From positions 372,001-425,651 of the forward strand of contig BAAIJX010000017.1 in the NCBI GenBank assembly GCA_054600435.1: a stretch of DNA of 53,651 nucleotides. The letters run 5' to 3'. The notes beneath the pieces are model-generated. The model was not told the DNA's origin. It saw only the letters and a list, made by a program, of their open reading frames with translations, and made no database searches. Every line of letters starts with the position of its first letter. Within the stretch, counting starts at the first letter, position 1. Positions 34,432-46,235 of the stretch are shown here, in pieces. Made by a program: the position numbers and the translations under genes. This DNA comes from Neophaeotheca triangularis. Taxonomy: Eukaryota.

Positions 34432-34560
34432 AAGATCTCCCCGGCACCACACCTTTTACTGCCGATAAAGACACCGGGCCGAAAGCAGCACAAACAAGAT
34501 CCCCCCGGCACCACACCTCTCTACCGTCGATAAAGACACCGGGCCGAAAACAGCACAAAC
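34432..34560. repeat. Imperfect tandem duplication of about 64-65 bp (AAGATC.CCCCGGCACCACACCT...CGATAAAGACACCGGGCCGAAA.CAGCACAAAC)
   Basis: Copies at 34432-34495 and 34496-34560 differ by a few substitutions and a 1-nt indel. Confidence 0.9.
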
Positions 34561-35582
34561 AGGCCCGCAGCTGTACACTCACGCGAGATCACGCCATCAA
34601 AGACGCCCCCAACAGATGCCTTGATACAGCCACTACCGCGTCCCCCTTGGTGCTTCCAGGCTTCAACCTCCCCCAGTTAGCCACTTGCTGCAGCGACGTT
34701 TCCGGAAGATTACCAATGGCCAATCAACTGTCTCTGTAGTTTGCCGGGCTTGTTCCAGGACGGATCGCAGGGGGAAAGAAGCGCGTACAGATGACTGTCG
34801 TCTCGTCTTCACACATTGCGTCCAAAACGCGACAGGAGTGTAGCTTCGAAACGAGAGCCTGCGATTCCTTGAAGTCGCGAGAACAGGAGGGAGGACAGCT
34901 TGGTTGCGGCAAGAACTTGTGGAGATTCGCGCATGTCGATGTTCTGGACATTGCTCGGAAGTCCACGGGCTTTTGCCACGGCTCTTGCATTCCAGTGTCG
35001 CAGAGTTGCGAGCAAATTTGTCGACACCACCATCAGATACAAGATCGCTAAACAGTCTTTGGCACCAGCCGGCTCCTCGTCTCCATTGGCAAGAGAATCT
35101 GCACGACTCTGAAATGCGGCACCGTCACCGTAAGTTCGCGGCACTGAATCTCATTCCCATCGGCATTGGCTTTTTGCTCGACACGACCGCTACTCGTCTT
35201 GCCAACAAGTCCTCAGAAAAGAATCCAGGAGTCATGACCGCACTCTCCTGCGCCGATGTGGGAGAATTGGCAACAACGCCGCAAACCCTACGTGACAGGT
35301 CTCCGGACAGCGAAAGCTTACTAGAGTAGTAGATCCTGAAGATGCGCTGCGTCTTCACCATCCATCTCCGCCGTCTATTTAAATGCAATCTTTACTATCT
35401 ATCCGTCTATCGATGGTCCATCAACAATTGCAACCACAGTAACGACCCTCGACGCGTCCGTAACAGAGACGGCCGTCTCCCATTGCGTTTCCCCAGCCCG
35501 AGTTACCTGAAAGTCTCACAACTCAAACCTTCCCTCCCCCACCCCAGTATTTCCTCCACCATGATAGCACTCCAATAGCCGC

Positions 35583-37757
35583 TCATTGCCCAACAGACCC
35601 AGACCTAACACCACTGCCAATCCCTGCCTCCTCAACATGCTGAGCACCACGCGAGCCCTCGGAAAAATACTTGAAAGTCGCCTCCTCGAGCTCGACGCCC
35701 TGCAATTTCCGCATCTCCAGCGACCTCTTGACGGGGTTGACGCCGTCGGCGTGAGAGCTCGCGAAGATGATGTCGAGTTCCTCGAGCGAGCGGCCCTTAG
35801 GCTCGGGGAAGAAGAAGTAGACGGCCGGCATAATTGCGGCGTTGAAGACGGCGAACATGATGTAGGTTCGGTATTCGAGGTTGGCGAAGGCCGGAGGCGT
35901 GATCATGACGATTAGGAAATTGGAGAGCTGCACGGTAATGGGTGTTAGTTCAGGTGGTTTTTTTGCTGTTACCGCGGAGGACACAGAAAAAAAAAGGTTC
36001 GAAATCTTGTGGTTTTCTTGAATTTGGACATACCCAGTTACTGCACGTCGAGAGAGCGTTTGCTTGAATTCGGATGCGCAAGTTGGTGATCTCGGCCGGG
36101 TATCTACGCGTTGCAGTTAGTATTAGGATCGATCAGACGGGTGCCGGAAAGGATAGATTCATACAGCCAAGTCATGCCTAACCATCCCAAGGCGAAAAAC
36201 GAGTTGAAAACGAACAAGAAAACCGTGGCAGTGATACCCCAGGCAGTCGAAAGCAGCGGTGCACCCTGCTCCGTCGTTTCACCTGTCGAGGTCGACCCTG
36301 CGAGGACGGCCATGGCAACGGCCATACCAAAGGCACCGATCAACATTAATTTTCTGCGGCCTGTCCGTTCGATTAGGGGAAGAGCAACGAGCGAGGCCAT
36401 GAAGTATTCAGTCCCGTTTGCGGCGGCTAGTAAACGGGAGAGACCAGGGCCAAAACCTAAGCTGTTTTCGAAAATCAAGGTGGCGTAGTAGGTGATCTAG
36501 ATAAGAGGTCAATTTACATATAATTCCTCGATTTCCGGGCCAGGGCGGCGGAACTTACAAGGTTGATGCCGCACATCTGCTGAAAAAACTGTGCAAACAT
36601 GCCTAACATGGTCCTACGCAGGTTTTGGCTAGGTCCATTCGTAAACAGTTCGCGATATCTAAAGCCACCGCCACGGCTCTGCACTTCGAGAGCGTCCTGG
36701 ATCTCGCGAATTTCCTGGGTAACCGCTTCGTCGTCGATTGGCTTATCGATGAGACGTGAAGTGACTTCTCGTGCATCCTCGATACGGCCCTGCATCGATA
36801 ACCAGCGGGGAGAGTCGGGTAAGAAGAGAATGCCAACCATAACTAGTATAGTAAAGAAGGATTGAAAAGCGATAGGGAATCGCCATCTAACGTCGCCCTC
36901 GAGGAAGAAGAAACCGTAGTCAACCCAGTAGGCAATCCTAGCATCGTGCGTTAGCATACTACTCCTTTGTGTTGACTTTTCCTAAAAAGTGAGACTTACA
37001 TAACACCTCCGGAAATAAGGGCACCGGACAGCGTAATCAGAACACCCCTCTGGTGAGGGCGAGCGCATTCGGACTGCCAGGTGGGGATAGTGGAAGTAAC
37101 CATGCCATTACCGATCCCGCCGATAACACGACCAGCGGAAAAGAGCCCATAGTCAAAAGCAGCAGCTTGCATAGCGGTACCAATAATCATAATCAAACTA
37201 CCCCAGAAAGTCGAGGACTTTCGTCCCCAGGTTTCGCCGTAGATAAGGATGACTACAGCACCCATAAAACATCCAATCTGGTAGATGGCAACGGCAGCGG
37301 CTTGTGTATTTGGGTCACCAGTACACTGTGCCTCGTCACGAACGGTGTTGGTAGGGTTGTCGGTCCAGCAGAGATCGTTGGCTTGTTCAAGAGGAGTCAT
37401 AAGAGGGATACTGCGTTGGAAGCTATCGAGGGTGAGGAGAGCGGACAAGACACCTTGGTCATAACTAAATCGAATGTCAGTGGAAGGTTCATGATTTGTT
37501 GGGTTCCGTAACACCTACCCAAACATGAGGAAGCCGCAAGATGCGATCAAACCAATGCCGTAGTTAAGAGGTTTGCCCGCAAGTTTCTTTCCACGGATCC
37601 CCCATTCAGGAAGATCACCAAGCTTGCTGAACATTCCCAATACACCGCCGACCTGGCGGTCAGGTTGCTGCTGCACATGACGCTCGGGGGAGGGCGAAGT
37701 GAAGGCGGGTGAGGTGTCCCCGGGCGTATCCTCCTTCTTCTTCTCTTCCTCAAACAT
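35583..37757 (-). CDS. Sugar porter family transporter, STL1-like, about 609 aa; exons 37757-37519, 37464-37000, 36937-36559, 36496-36165, 36103-36034, 35927-35583
   Basis: GFLMFGYDQG; TSTIPTWQSEC; WRFPIAFQ; PDSPRWL; QQMCGINLITYYA; WLYPAEIT; PEPKGRSLEELD. Five canonical introns keep the frame (1830 nt CDS). Confidence 0.93.
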
Positions 37758-38516
37758 GGCTAAAAAGAGTGGCTAAAAGATCCTTGGAGCCTAAATCGAA
37801 GAAGACGGAGATGGCGCTCTTCTGACGGTGTCGAATGATGCGGGCGAGCCTACCTATAAATGCCCTACCCTGAGCGCTCCATCTCCAGACGAGCCCACGG
37901 AGAACCCAGATTGTGCCATCCGCATCCACGCGTTTGATCATAAGAGTGGACCGCTTGGTGTCTTCGATAAACGGGGCAAGAGGCCCACACGAGTAGTGGA
38001 CGGAGTGCGGTGACACGATACACGCGCCCGTATTATTACTGCTTCGAGCAAGTTGATGCAGGCCTGGCGACAAGCAGGACAAGAGATAAGACGGGTCGAG
38101 ACGCCTTCCCACTTGACGAAGAAGTACCAAGCACAATACCGAGCACGACAAGAGCTTCGCCCAGTAAGCTACACGGCGAGCCAGGATGCCTGCCACGCTC
38201 AGCAAGGCGACCGATGATGAAAGCCGCGCGAAATGGAGAAAATTCTTTTATCGTGGCGCCAAAAGCCTTTAGAGATTGAGTCGAAGAAACAAACAAAGAA
38301 AGAGTTTGGGAAATTTCCGTGGGGAGGAGTAGTAATATAAGATAAAGAGTCTGGATGCTAAGGAAAAGGAGCAAACTACCTACACAGAGGTGAAGTCCCA
38401 AAGGCATGCAATGGTAGTAGCAGTAGTAATACCCACAAAAATAATTAAAACACCCTACCATAGTGGACAAAGGCAAGAGTAAAATCAAGTGGAACTCGTC
38501 CATGCCGTGTTATTGT

Positions 38517-38582
38517 TCGTCGTCGTCGTCGTCGTCGTGGCTATAGTAGCAGGTAGTGGTAGTGGTGGTGGTAGTAGTAGTG
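38517..38582. repeat. (TCG)7 followed by a (GTA/GTG)n low-complexity tract upstream of the sugar porter
   Basis: Read directly from the sequence. Confidence 0.8.
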
Positions 38583-39225
38583 ACTCGTGAGTAGAATCGG
38601 TCCGCAATTTCAGACTTGCCAATAATGCCAGGGGCCATGGCTGCAAATGCGCCCAGCCCCCCTTCTTTTCCGATTGCGCACGCACACGGCACAACTTACA
38701 CAGTAACACTTGGAAGTGAGCTCCACGTCGAATGCGGTCATTGTAACGGCCTATCACCGGGAGACTAAGGTATCACCGGAAGGCCAAGGTTCGTCTACTA
38801 CTGTGTGTGACACTACTGACATTGACACTGACACTAGTACCTTCCAAGTATCGGTCGACACGCTGCGATGGCCATGGCATTCTTACCGCTCGTGCCCATT
38901 CCAAGTTTCAAAAGGTCAACGGCCCAGACGCGCGATTCACGCCAAAGCCCAAGCACCGGCACGCAGAATGCTTTAAGAAAACGGGACATGACATCAAGAA
39001 TGACTGTGCTTTAGTAGTATTGAAAACATCACCCTAGGCTACAAGCCCGCATCCGTATCCTCCATCACCACACACAATCAACCTGTCACCACGCAATCTC
39101 TCTCCATCCTCAGACTAGTACGCCAAAACAGAAGCCTCCAAGTGCTTGCGCGCCGGAGAGCTCCTTTCGTGGTCCCAGACATCCCGCACCTCGATGCTCC
39201 GGGTGGTAGCGGCGACAAGCTCGGC

Positions 39226-41349
39226 CTATTCGGCAGCAAAAGCCGCGAGAGCGTCGTCGTCCTCGTCTCCCGAACCACCCCAGATCATCTCAGTAGTGTC
39301 GTTGCCACCGGCTTCGCAAGTGCCGGCAATGGCCGCAAGGAGACCGTAGCCCTCTTCGAGAAAGGAGGCGGCGGTGTCGTCCGTGGCGTCTTCCTCGTCC
39401 TTGATGACGGTGATCTGCCTACCCATGACTACATCATCGTCGTCGTCGCTGTAGTTGGGGAAGGGCGAGGAGGGGGCAGCCATGCCGACGATAGCGCCGG
39501 AGTAGATATCGACGAGGTACCGGAACTCGCCCGTATAGCCTTCGTAGCCTAGCATGAAGCCAATGTCGTCGCTGGAAGAGCCAAGTAGAGTGCTCTCGCA
39601 ATTGTTGACGTCGTAGTTTTGCAGACGCCAGATGAGGTTGTCTTTGCCGGCTTTGCCTTTGTCGAAGTACTTGGCGAGGAGGTCCAGCAAGCCGCGTTGA
39701 GTGAGAGCCTCGTCCTCGAAAGCCAAGCGAGCCACCATCTGGGGTTGCGTCTCCGTCTTGGAGCGGCGGGGTAGATTGCGTTCTTTGAACAGGATCTCGA
39801 GCTCGTCGGCAGGCATGATGCTGCGGGGGTTGAGGAGGGACTCCCTGCTGATGGGGATGGAGCCAGGGGTGGCTTTGAGACCAAAGGTGGGGGCGGGCTT
39901 TTTCTGAACGATCGGGAGAGGGCTAATGGCCAAATTGTGGACGAGACCCAAGCTGCGGGAGAGCTGGTCGCAGACGATGCGGGACAGGATCTGGGCGCGA
40001 GCAATTGCGTCGTCTTCGTCTTCGCCAGCCAGGCTGCTCGCAAGGTCGATGGTGTCGTCGGAAAGATTGACGGAACTTTGGCGGCGCTCGAGCTTCGCTT
40101 CCTTTGCTGATGTTCCAGCTGGACGGCGCAACAAGTCGTCAAGAGCTTCCAATTCAGCATTGAGAAGCATCTCTGGCCATTGCTGCTCGTCCTTGCACCT
40201 CTGCTTCTCCTCCAGTAGCTCCTGCTTGGCCCTCTGCGACTCCTTCCGCTCTTGCTTGACACGTTCCATAGCCGCCTTCTCATCCTGACGCTTTTTGATC
40301 TCCGCAAGGTATTCATGCTTCTTACTGCCCTTCTTGCTCTTCGCCGCAGCAATGTCTGCCAATTGCTGATTGTGAGCGCAGTGCAGGTCGTAGTAGTGGT
40401 CGTCGCGAATGCGCTTGGCTTCGGTAATGCGGGTCTGGCGCAAGACATCACGGCCCTCTTGATCGGAGTCGAGCTCAATAGGCGTGAGGGCACTGCCGTC
40501 GACTAGGCCTTCGAAACGTTCCTGGCAAGCTTTGGCGGTGTACTTGCGCCTCTCCATACGCTTGGCAAGGTCCGTAGACACCTCCTTCCACATCCTGGCT
40601 TTGATGGCTTCGATCTCCTTGTGCAGCTTGTCCTGGACTAGCATGTGGGCATTGTGGAGCTTCTCATCCTGCAAAATCTTGTTAGCACGTGATGGACACA
40701 ACCTTGTATCCTTTAATGTTCTATTTACCTCGTCGGCATGCCAATCGGAAAGCTCGTCATCGAGGAGCTCCTCCTCACGCTCAGCCAAAGCCTTGCGGAG
40801 TTTGATCCAGCGATTGTTGACGGCGTTCTTGGTTGTGCGCTTGCGACCTTCTTGACGGAGCTTGTGGGCGACATTGGTGTCGTCGTGGCCTTGGCGTTTC
40901 AGCGCGATGATGCGGTCGTCTTCGGAAGTGTAGTCGATGAGTCCCGGCAGGTTGTTGGACTTCTCGGCAAAGCGAACTCGGGCCTGCTTCTTCTTGCGAC
41001 TGTCGGAAGGGGCGGGGGCGGAGCGCTTGAGGGCAGACTTTGGGGGCTGTGGCGTATCCATCTAGATTTCATGTTAGCGCTACGTCATAACGAGGTTTTG
41101 GGGTTCTCTCAAGGCAACACGTACCAAGGCGTCATCCCCATTCGGCGCCTGCTCCGGCTCGTTGCAGAAGTTCGCAGCGGGCATCGTGCTCTCCTGAGCT
41201 TGGATGGCGTCAGTAAGTTCCATGTAAACAGCTTCCGTGGTGTGGAAAGTCGAAGAATGGGCTTGCAAAGAGGTGACCAGGGGTAAATGTGCAAAACTTC
41301 CAACAGCGTGAGCCATACCTTGCATCGAGTCGTCGACCAAATCAGCCAT
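39226..41349 (-). CDS. Hypothetical nuclear protein with Myb/HTH-like repeats, coiled coil and acidic tail; exons 41349-41125, 41061-40729, 40668-39226 (5' end uncertain)
   Basis: Introns 41124-41062 (GTACGT..GCTAAC..TAG) and 40728-40669 (GTAAAT..GCTAAC..CAG) keep the frame. DDRIIALKRQG...VNNRWIKLRK and WHADEDEKL...MWKEVS...YTAKACQERF resemble Myb/SANT repeats. NLS-like RKKKQAR. Confidence 0.7.
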
Positions 41350-43925
41350 TGAAGTCTCCGTAACAAGACTGTGCTGTTTCTCTGTCTGGATTGTCCGGGC
41401 GTGTGCAGTTTGTGGTTTGGTGTAGGAGAAGGTCGTTCCTGCGAAGTCGACTGGAAAGTCGCCGTAGTAGCAGCCTATGACGCGCGGCGACAACAAGCTC
41501 GGGCCTCCCGGCGAAAGGATTATGGTTGGAGTGCCCCTGAATATTTCCTCTAGCTTCGAGCGGTCTCTGTTCTAGGGGCCGGTCGTCCAAATTTTCCTGA
41601 TATCGATGCTCTTTTTACTTTGTGTCTACCCCTTAACTCTTGACTACAATCTGGTGTGGCATGCGTTTTCGCAATGCTTTCACGTGACGACCGTGACGTT
41701 GCCTTTGACGTGACTCTTACTGCTTATCAAATCGATTTCGGCTGCAAGCTTCTGGGCCAAATTGTCCAGATTGTCTTTTGGGTATGCTTCGCCGAAACCG
41801 CTGTTAGGTATCGAATTCGGTGGCGTCAGAGATGGTGGCCTGATTTGATGGATTAGCATGCTGGACCCAGTTACTATGTATCCGGCCATTATGGAAGCTT
41901 CGGATTGTCGCCTGGCAGCTGCCTCACCAAAACGAGGACTGGCAATGCACCAATCAGGCATAGTGTCGCTACCTCTGAAAGGCTACCAGCAGCGAGCGCG
42001 ATCGGCCGAACTCTATAGCAGCTGATCGGTTCAGGGGCGCATATCTGATCCGTCTACGAAGACCAGCAACATCTGCACATGGGAGAAATGTGGTCGGCCA
42101 CTGAACCAAATGGCTTTGACTGCCAGCAGAGCAACGTCTTCCGGGTACCATTTGGGCCACAGCCCTGGAGACTGGCTTGAATGCGGCGCAGAGCAGCGAA
42201 CGATGGCTTCAGAAAATGTGTGCCCCTGGCCTTAGGGTCACCACCCTTGCTGAGCCAGGGAGAGAAGGCGCGGAAGACGCCTGTGCATGAAATAAGAGGG
42301 TCTTAGCTTACCTTTGCTTGACGGTATCCAATATCAGCCTCCCTGGTTGAATGTGAAATGTGCCTTGGTTCGGCTTCTTCGAAGGATGTGCACTGTGATC
42401 GGCCACTTCTTGATCGTCGAGAGTAGTTAGTGCTACCTAGTGTAGTGTATGAGTCGCTTGGGTGGGAAGTTGATGTGTTTTTGTTGAAGAGAGATCGCAG
42501 ATACTCTTATAAGGGGAGGTGGCAGCTGCTACTTCACTGTCCCTGGTGGATGGGGTCCCGATATTAAAGCTATCCGCACTCAAGTCGACACTGTCTCGCG
42601 ACGACGTGTTTGATAAAACAGAGGTCGCTGGTGCTGATTATAGGGACAGCCCTGTTGCCCGAGATCCGGAGTAGGGAAGTTCCAGTGATGTTTGCAATTG
42701 TCGAAGAGTTAGCAGAGCTATGGCCTAGAGCCCGGTCTCGATTCTCGGCGGTATCACTGGAGTTTTCGCAGGTGTCCTGCCTCGTGAGATGGCCTTGACC
42801 AAAGATATAGCCACGGTTACAGTGAGAGCAGAAGTACTGTTTCAATGAGTGTTGAAGGCCCAGGAGAAGTATCGAAGAGGTTACAGCCGAAACGATAGAC
42901 GTTGTGACAAAGGGCTGGCCGATTACAAGCTTTCAACCGACCGATCTCGGCGGAAGCACTTACCTCTTCCGTAAACAGCCTACCAATTAGGGAGGCAGTG
43001 AACGGAGAAGCACAACAAAGTAAGGGCAGGTAAAACCTGTGGCTATTGTTGAAGAATTTGCCGGGTGTATGCCAGAAAAGGAACTGGATCACCGAAGGCA
43101 GTCCGAAGGCAATCCAAGGAAGCGACGAAGAGGGTGACGGAGGGAGTGTCACGTGGCTAGGCGGCCACGTGGCAAGCAGAATAATGGGATCGAGCCCGGG
43201 GCGTAGGTATTTGCTGACGATGAATACATGCGTCCGCCCTTGGTGTAAATGTACTTCTTTCTGGGATGAGTTTGGGTCTGATACTGAACGCGTCGGAGCA
43301 AAAGGGTGGTGGATACTAGGCTGGTGAGAAGCACAAGTAGGCTCGCCGAGGACTAGGAGGACGACCGAGGGAAACTATTATTGCTGAACGATAAATCATT
43401 GCCATAGATACTCGAATGTGATGTGGTCTCGTTGGAGTGATTGGCAATGTAGGAGGTGGAGACTGGGCTGTACGTGGTACATCAGAACTCAACATCATAG
43501 CTAAAGACGCTACACAGATGAAGTAGAGTAATGAGAAGAGCAAAAGAGATAGCATGAGTGTTAGTTATGGTCCTGTGTAAGGACTGGCAGCATGTATGTA
43601 GCCGAAGCATCACAGGTGAAGTCGAGATAGAAGTCGGGACGAAAGCGGCATCTCCGAATGCCGATGGCTTTAACCGCCGGGTCACGTGAGGACACTCTCT
43701 CAAGCGCGACGGGAACTTCGAAGTCTGGCCACGACGATCCGGTCTGTAGTCCACACAAGCTAACAGCCACAATTGCACTGTGACGTAGTAGCAATACGCA
43801 AGCACCCGACAACATGAGGCGGCAGCTTCACCAACTCGTAGTGGCGCCAGGTAGGCAGGGTTAGCATCTTTCCTTACTGTCTCTAACACTTTCGCGAAAC
43901 ATTTTCCTGGATTACCACTACGACC

Positions 43926-45646
43926 ATGCCCTCGTACTTTACGCTTCCGTCGTTTGCGCGCGCAAAAAAGAACAGAGAAGAGCTCGAAAAGACCAACCCT
44001 TCCGATCCCGTTTTAAAGGATGAGGACGAGAAGTTCCTCGAGAGGGTGACCTCGTCGCATGAAGCTCCTACTGGAACAGAAGATGCGCCCACAACCCAGA
44101 TTGCCGACGATGGCAAGGAAAAAGAGCTGCCGAATCAAGATCAATCCCCACTAGGCGAAGCACAGGATCAAGTGGCAGTACCCGAAACGAAGCCCGAGAC
44201 TACCAGCGACAACACTGAGGCAGCTGAGGAGCCGCAGGCAGATGATCCACCCGAGGAAGTACCTGACGCGACCAAGCCTGCGCTGAATCGTAGAAAGTCG
44301 AAGAAAGACAAGAGTATGGACTTGCCGAGTCAAGCGGACGCAGAGGCCTTCACCAGAGGCTGGAATGCACAATATGCAAAAGAGTCCGAGCAGGAAAGCG
44401 CCCAAAACCAGACAGCAGGTGAAAAGCGAACCTGGGCCTCGTACTTGCCGTCGATGACTACCAAATCCAATGACACAAGCGCGCCAGCGAGTGAGAAACA
44501 AGGCGTGGATTCAACACACGCTGCACCGGTGCGAACATGGGCTGAGTACGCATCTCAGTACTTGCCAAGTGCCTCCCAACTACCGTCCATACCCTCTATG
44601 CCTTCGATACCTGCTTCGTGGCGCAAAGACAGCAAACCAGATCCCGTCTACAACGAAGACGGCACGATCAACGAAGCCGCAACAAAAGAGAAGGAGGAGA
44701 GGGAAGTCTCGGTACTACTCGATAACCTCAATCTGTCTTCGATCAATAATCGAGTCTTCAGCTTCAGCCAAGAAAGCCAGCACCTTTACGACCGCTTTAC
44801 CCAGGTGCTCAGAGATGTCATCAATGGGGCTCCTACTGCCTACGAGGACATGGACAAGTTGATGAAAGATGCCGGCCCCCAGCTCGAGAAGCAATTTGCT
44901 AGCATGCCGCCATTCGTGCAAACCCTAGTCAAAGCTCTGCCAGCAAAGCTAGGAACGACGCTCGGACCGGAGTTGCTGGCAGCAGCGTGTGAGAAGCCCG
45001 GCGCTGATATGCAGAAGCGGATGGAAGCTACCAGCGAGGGAGCTGACGCTAGCGTTCAAGCCCAAGAGGCCACCGAGGAACAGACGGGGGAGAAAAAGAA
45101 GAAGCGCAAGGTCCCAGGTTTGAAAGGTCTAATTACCGAACAAGGAGCTGTGGCAGGCATTCTCAGGAACATTGTCAACTTTTTGCAAGTCAGGTTTCCG
45201 TTCCTCATGAGCACGACGAATGTGGTCATGAGCCTGGCGGTGTTCAGTAAGTCTTACCACTCAGGAAAAGCAAGGGATCAATCATCACATGCTAATGCGG
45301 CGTAGTCTTGATGTTTGTCTTTTACTATTGCTGGCGCAGGGGCCGCGAGAGCCGTTTGCTAAAGGAGGCTGATACCGGCAAGGATGGCTCTTCTGACGAT
45401 CGCTCTGCCGAAGTGTCGGACGAATCAGAAGACGAAGAGGCTGATGATTCAGCTGCTAAAGACATCTCTCGAGAGGCGTCCGTTGCCGTACAACAAGATA
45501 CTGTAGAGGCCGTTGCCTCAAAGATGGGAGGCTCAGACGAGTCAACCCAATCGCAGCCCTCAGAAACACCACGATCGGATACTGAGAAGGGCGAGAAGGG
45601 CGAGAAGGGCGCAGATTTGGACGCGACGAAAGCGGTCGGCGCATAG
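43926..45646 (+). CDS. Conserved fungal hypothetical protein with one C-terminal transmembrane segment, about 553 aa; exons 43926-45246 and 45306-45646
   Basis: PVLKDEDEKFL; LDNLNLSSINNRVFSFS; VLRDVINGAPTAYEDM; FASMPPFVQTLVKALP; NVVMSLAVF|ILMFVFYYCWRRGRE. Intron 45247-45305 GTAAGT..GCTAAT..TAG. Confidence 0.85.
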
Positions 45647-46235
45647 GGCAGGTGGGCAAACTCTCGGTTACAGATTGATCTTGTGAACATGGACAAGGCG
45701 TTTTTGAAAGGCTGTGACGATTAACGTAGATACCCGACTCTCATGACTTGCTTTGCTTTCACATGTCTCAAGTACGCTCTTGGCACAGCGGCTTTAGGAG
45801 ATCCCGCCAAGCTGTATTCCGAAAGCGTACAAGTCTCCAAGTCAGCCTTCACTCTGACTTTCCATTTCTTGTCTCATTTGCACCTTCGCAACAGCCAACG
45901 AACACGTCCACCTTATCGTATCATCTGGTCAGGAAAATACCTGACCCATCACAGAGCACCTCAACAAAACACATACACGTCAATGGGCTTCTACGTCTCC
46001 GCCGCACCTACTTTCCTTGCCTGCGCACAGCGGGATCTTGCCGGAGAAGTCGTCGGTATTCCAGGATTGTCGCGTACGGACAGCAGTTTCGCAGCACTGA
46101 TTTGGCTACTTGCGGGCGGCCCACCTTGAAGGGTGGGCGATATTTAGAAAGCGCGAGGATTTGAGAGCCTTGCTGAGAAGAGACGACCGAGACAATTCAA
46201 ATTACACCCGTGTGGAATAGACGCGTTCCCGTAGT

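Noticed and set aside
28186..34560. Direct repeats as a CRISPR array or transposon termini
   Set aside because: Eukaryotic DNA, only two adjacent copies each, no spacers, and no transposase, LTR or TIR structure.
42570..43555. Short ORFs with a CxxC..H motif (YFCSHCNRGY) and a signal-peptide-like start
   Set aside because: Zinc-finger spacing is incomplete, and no consistent exon chain or codon bias was found.
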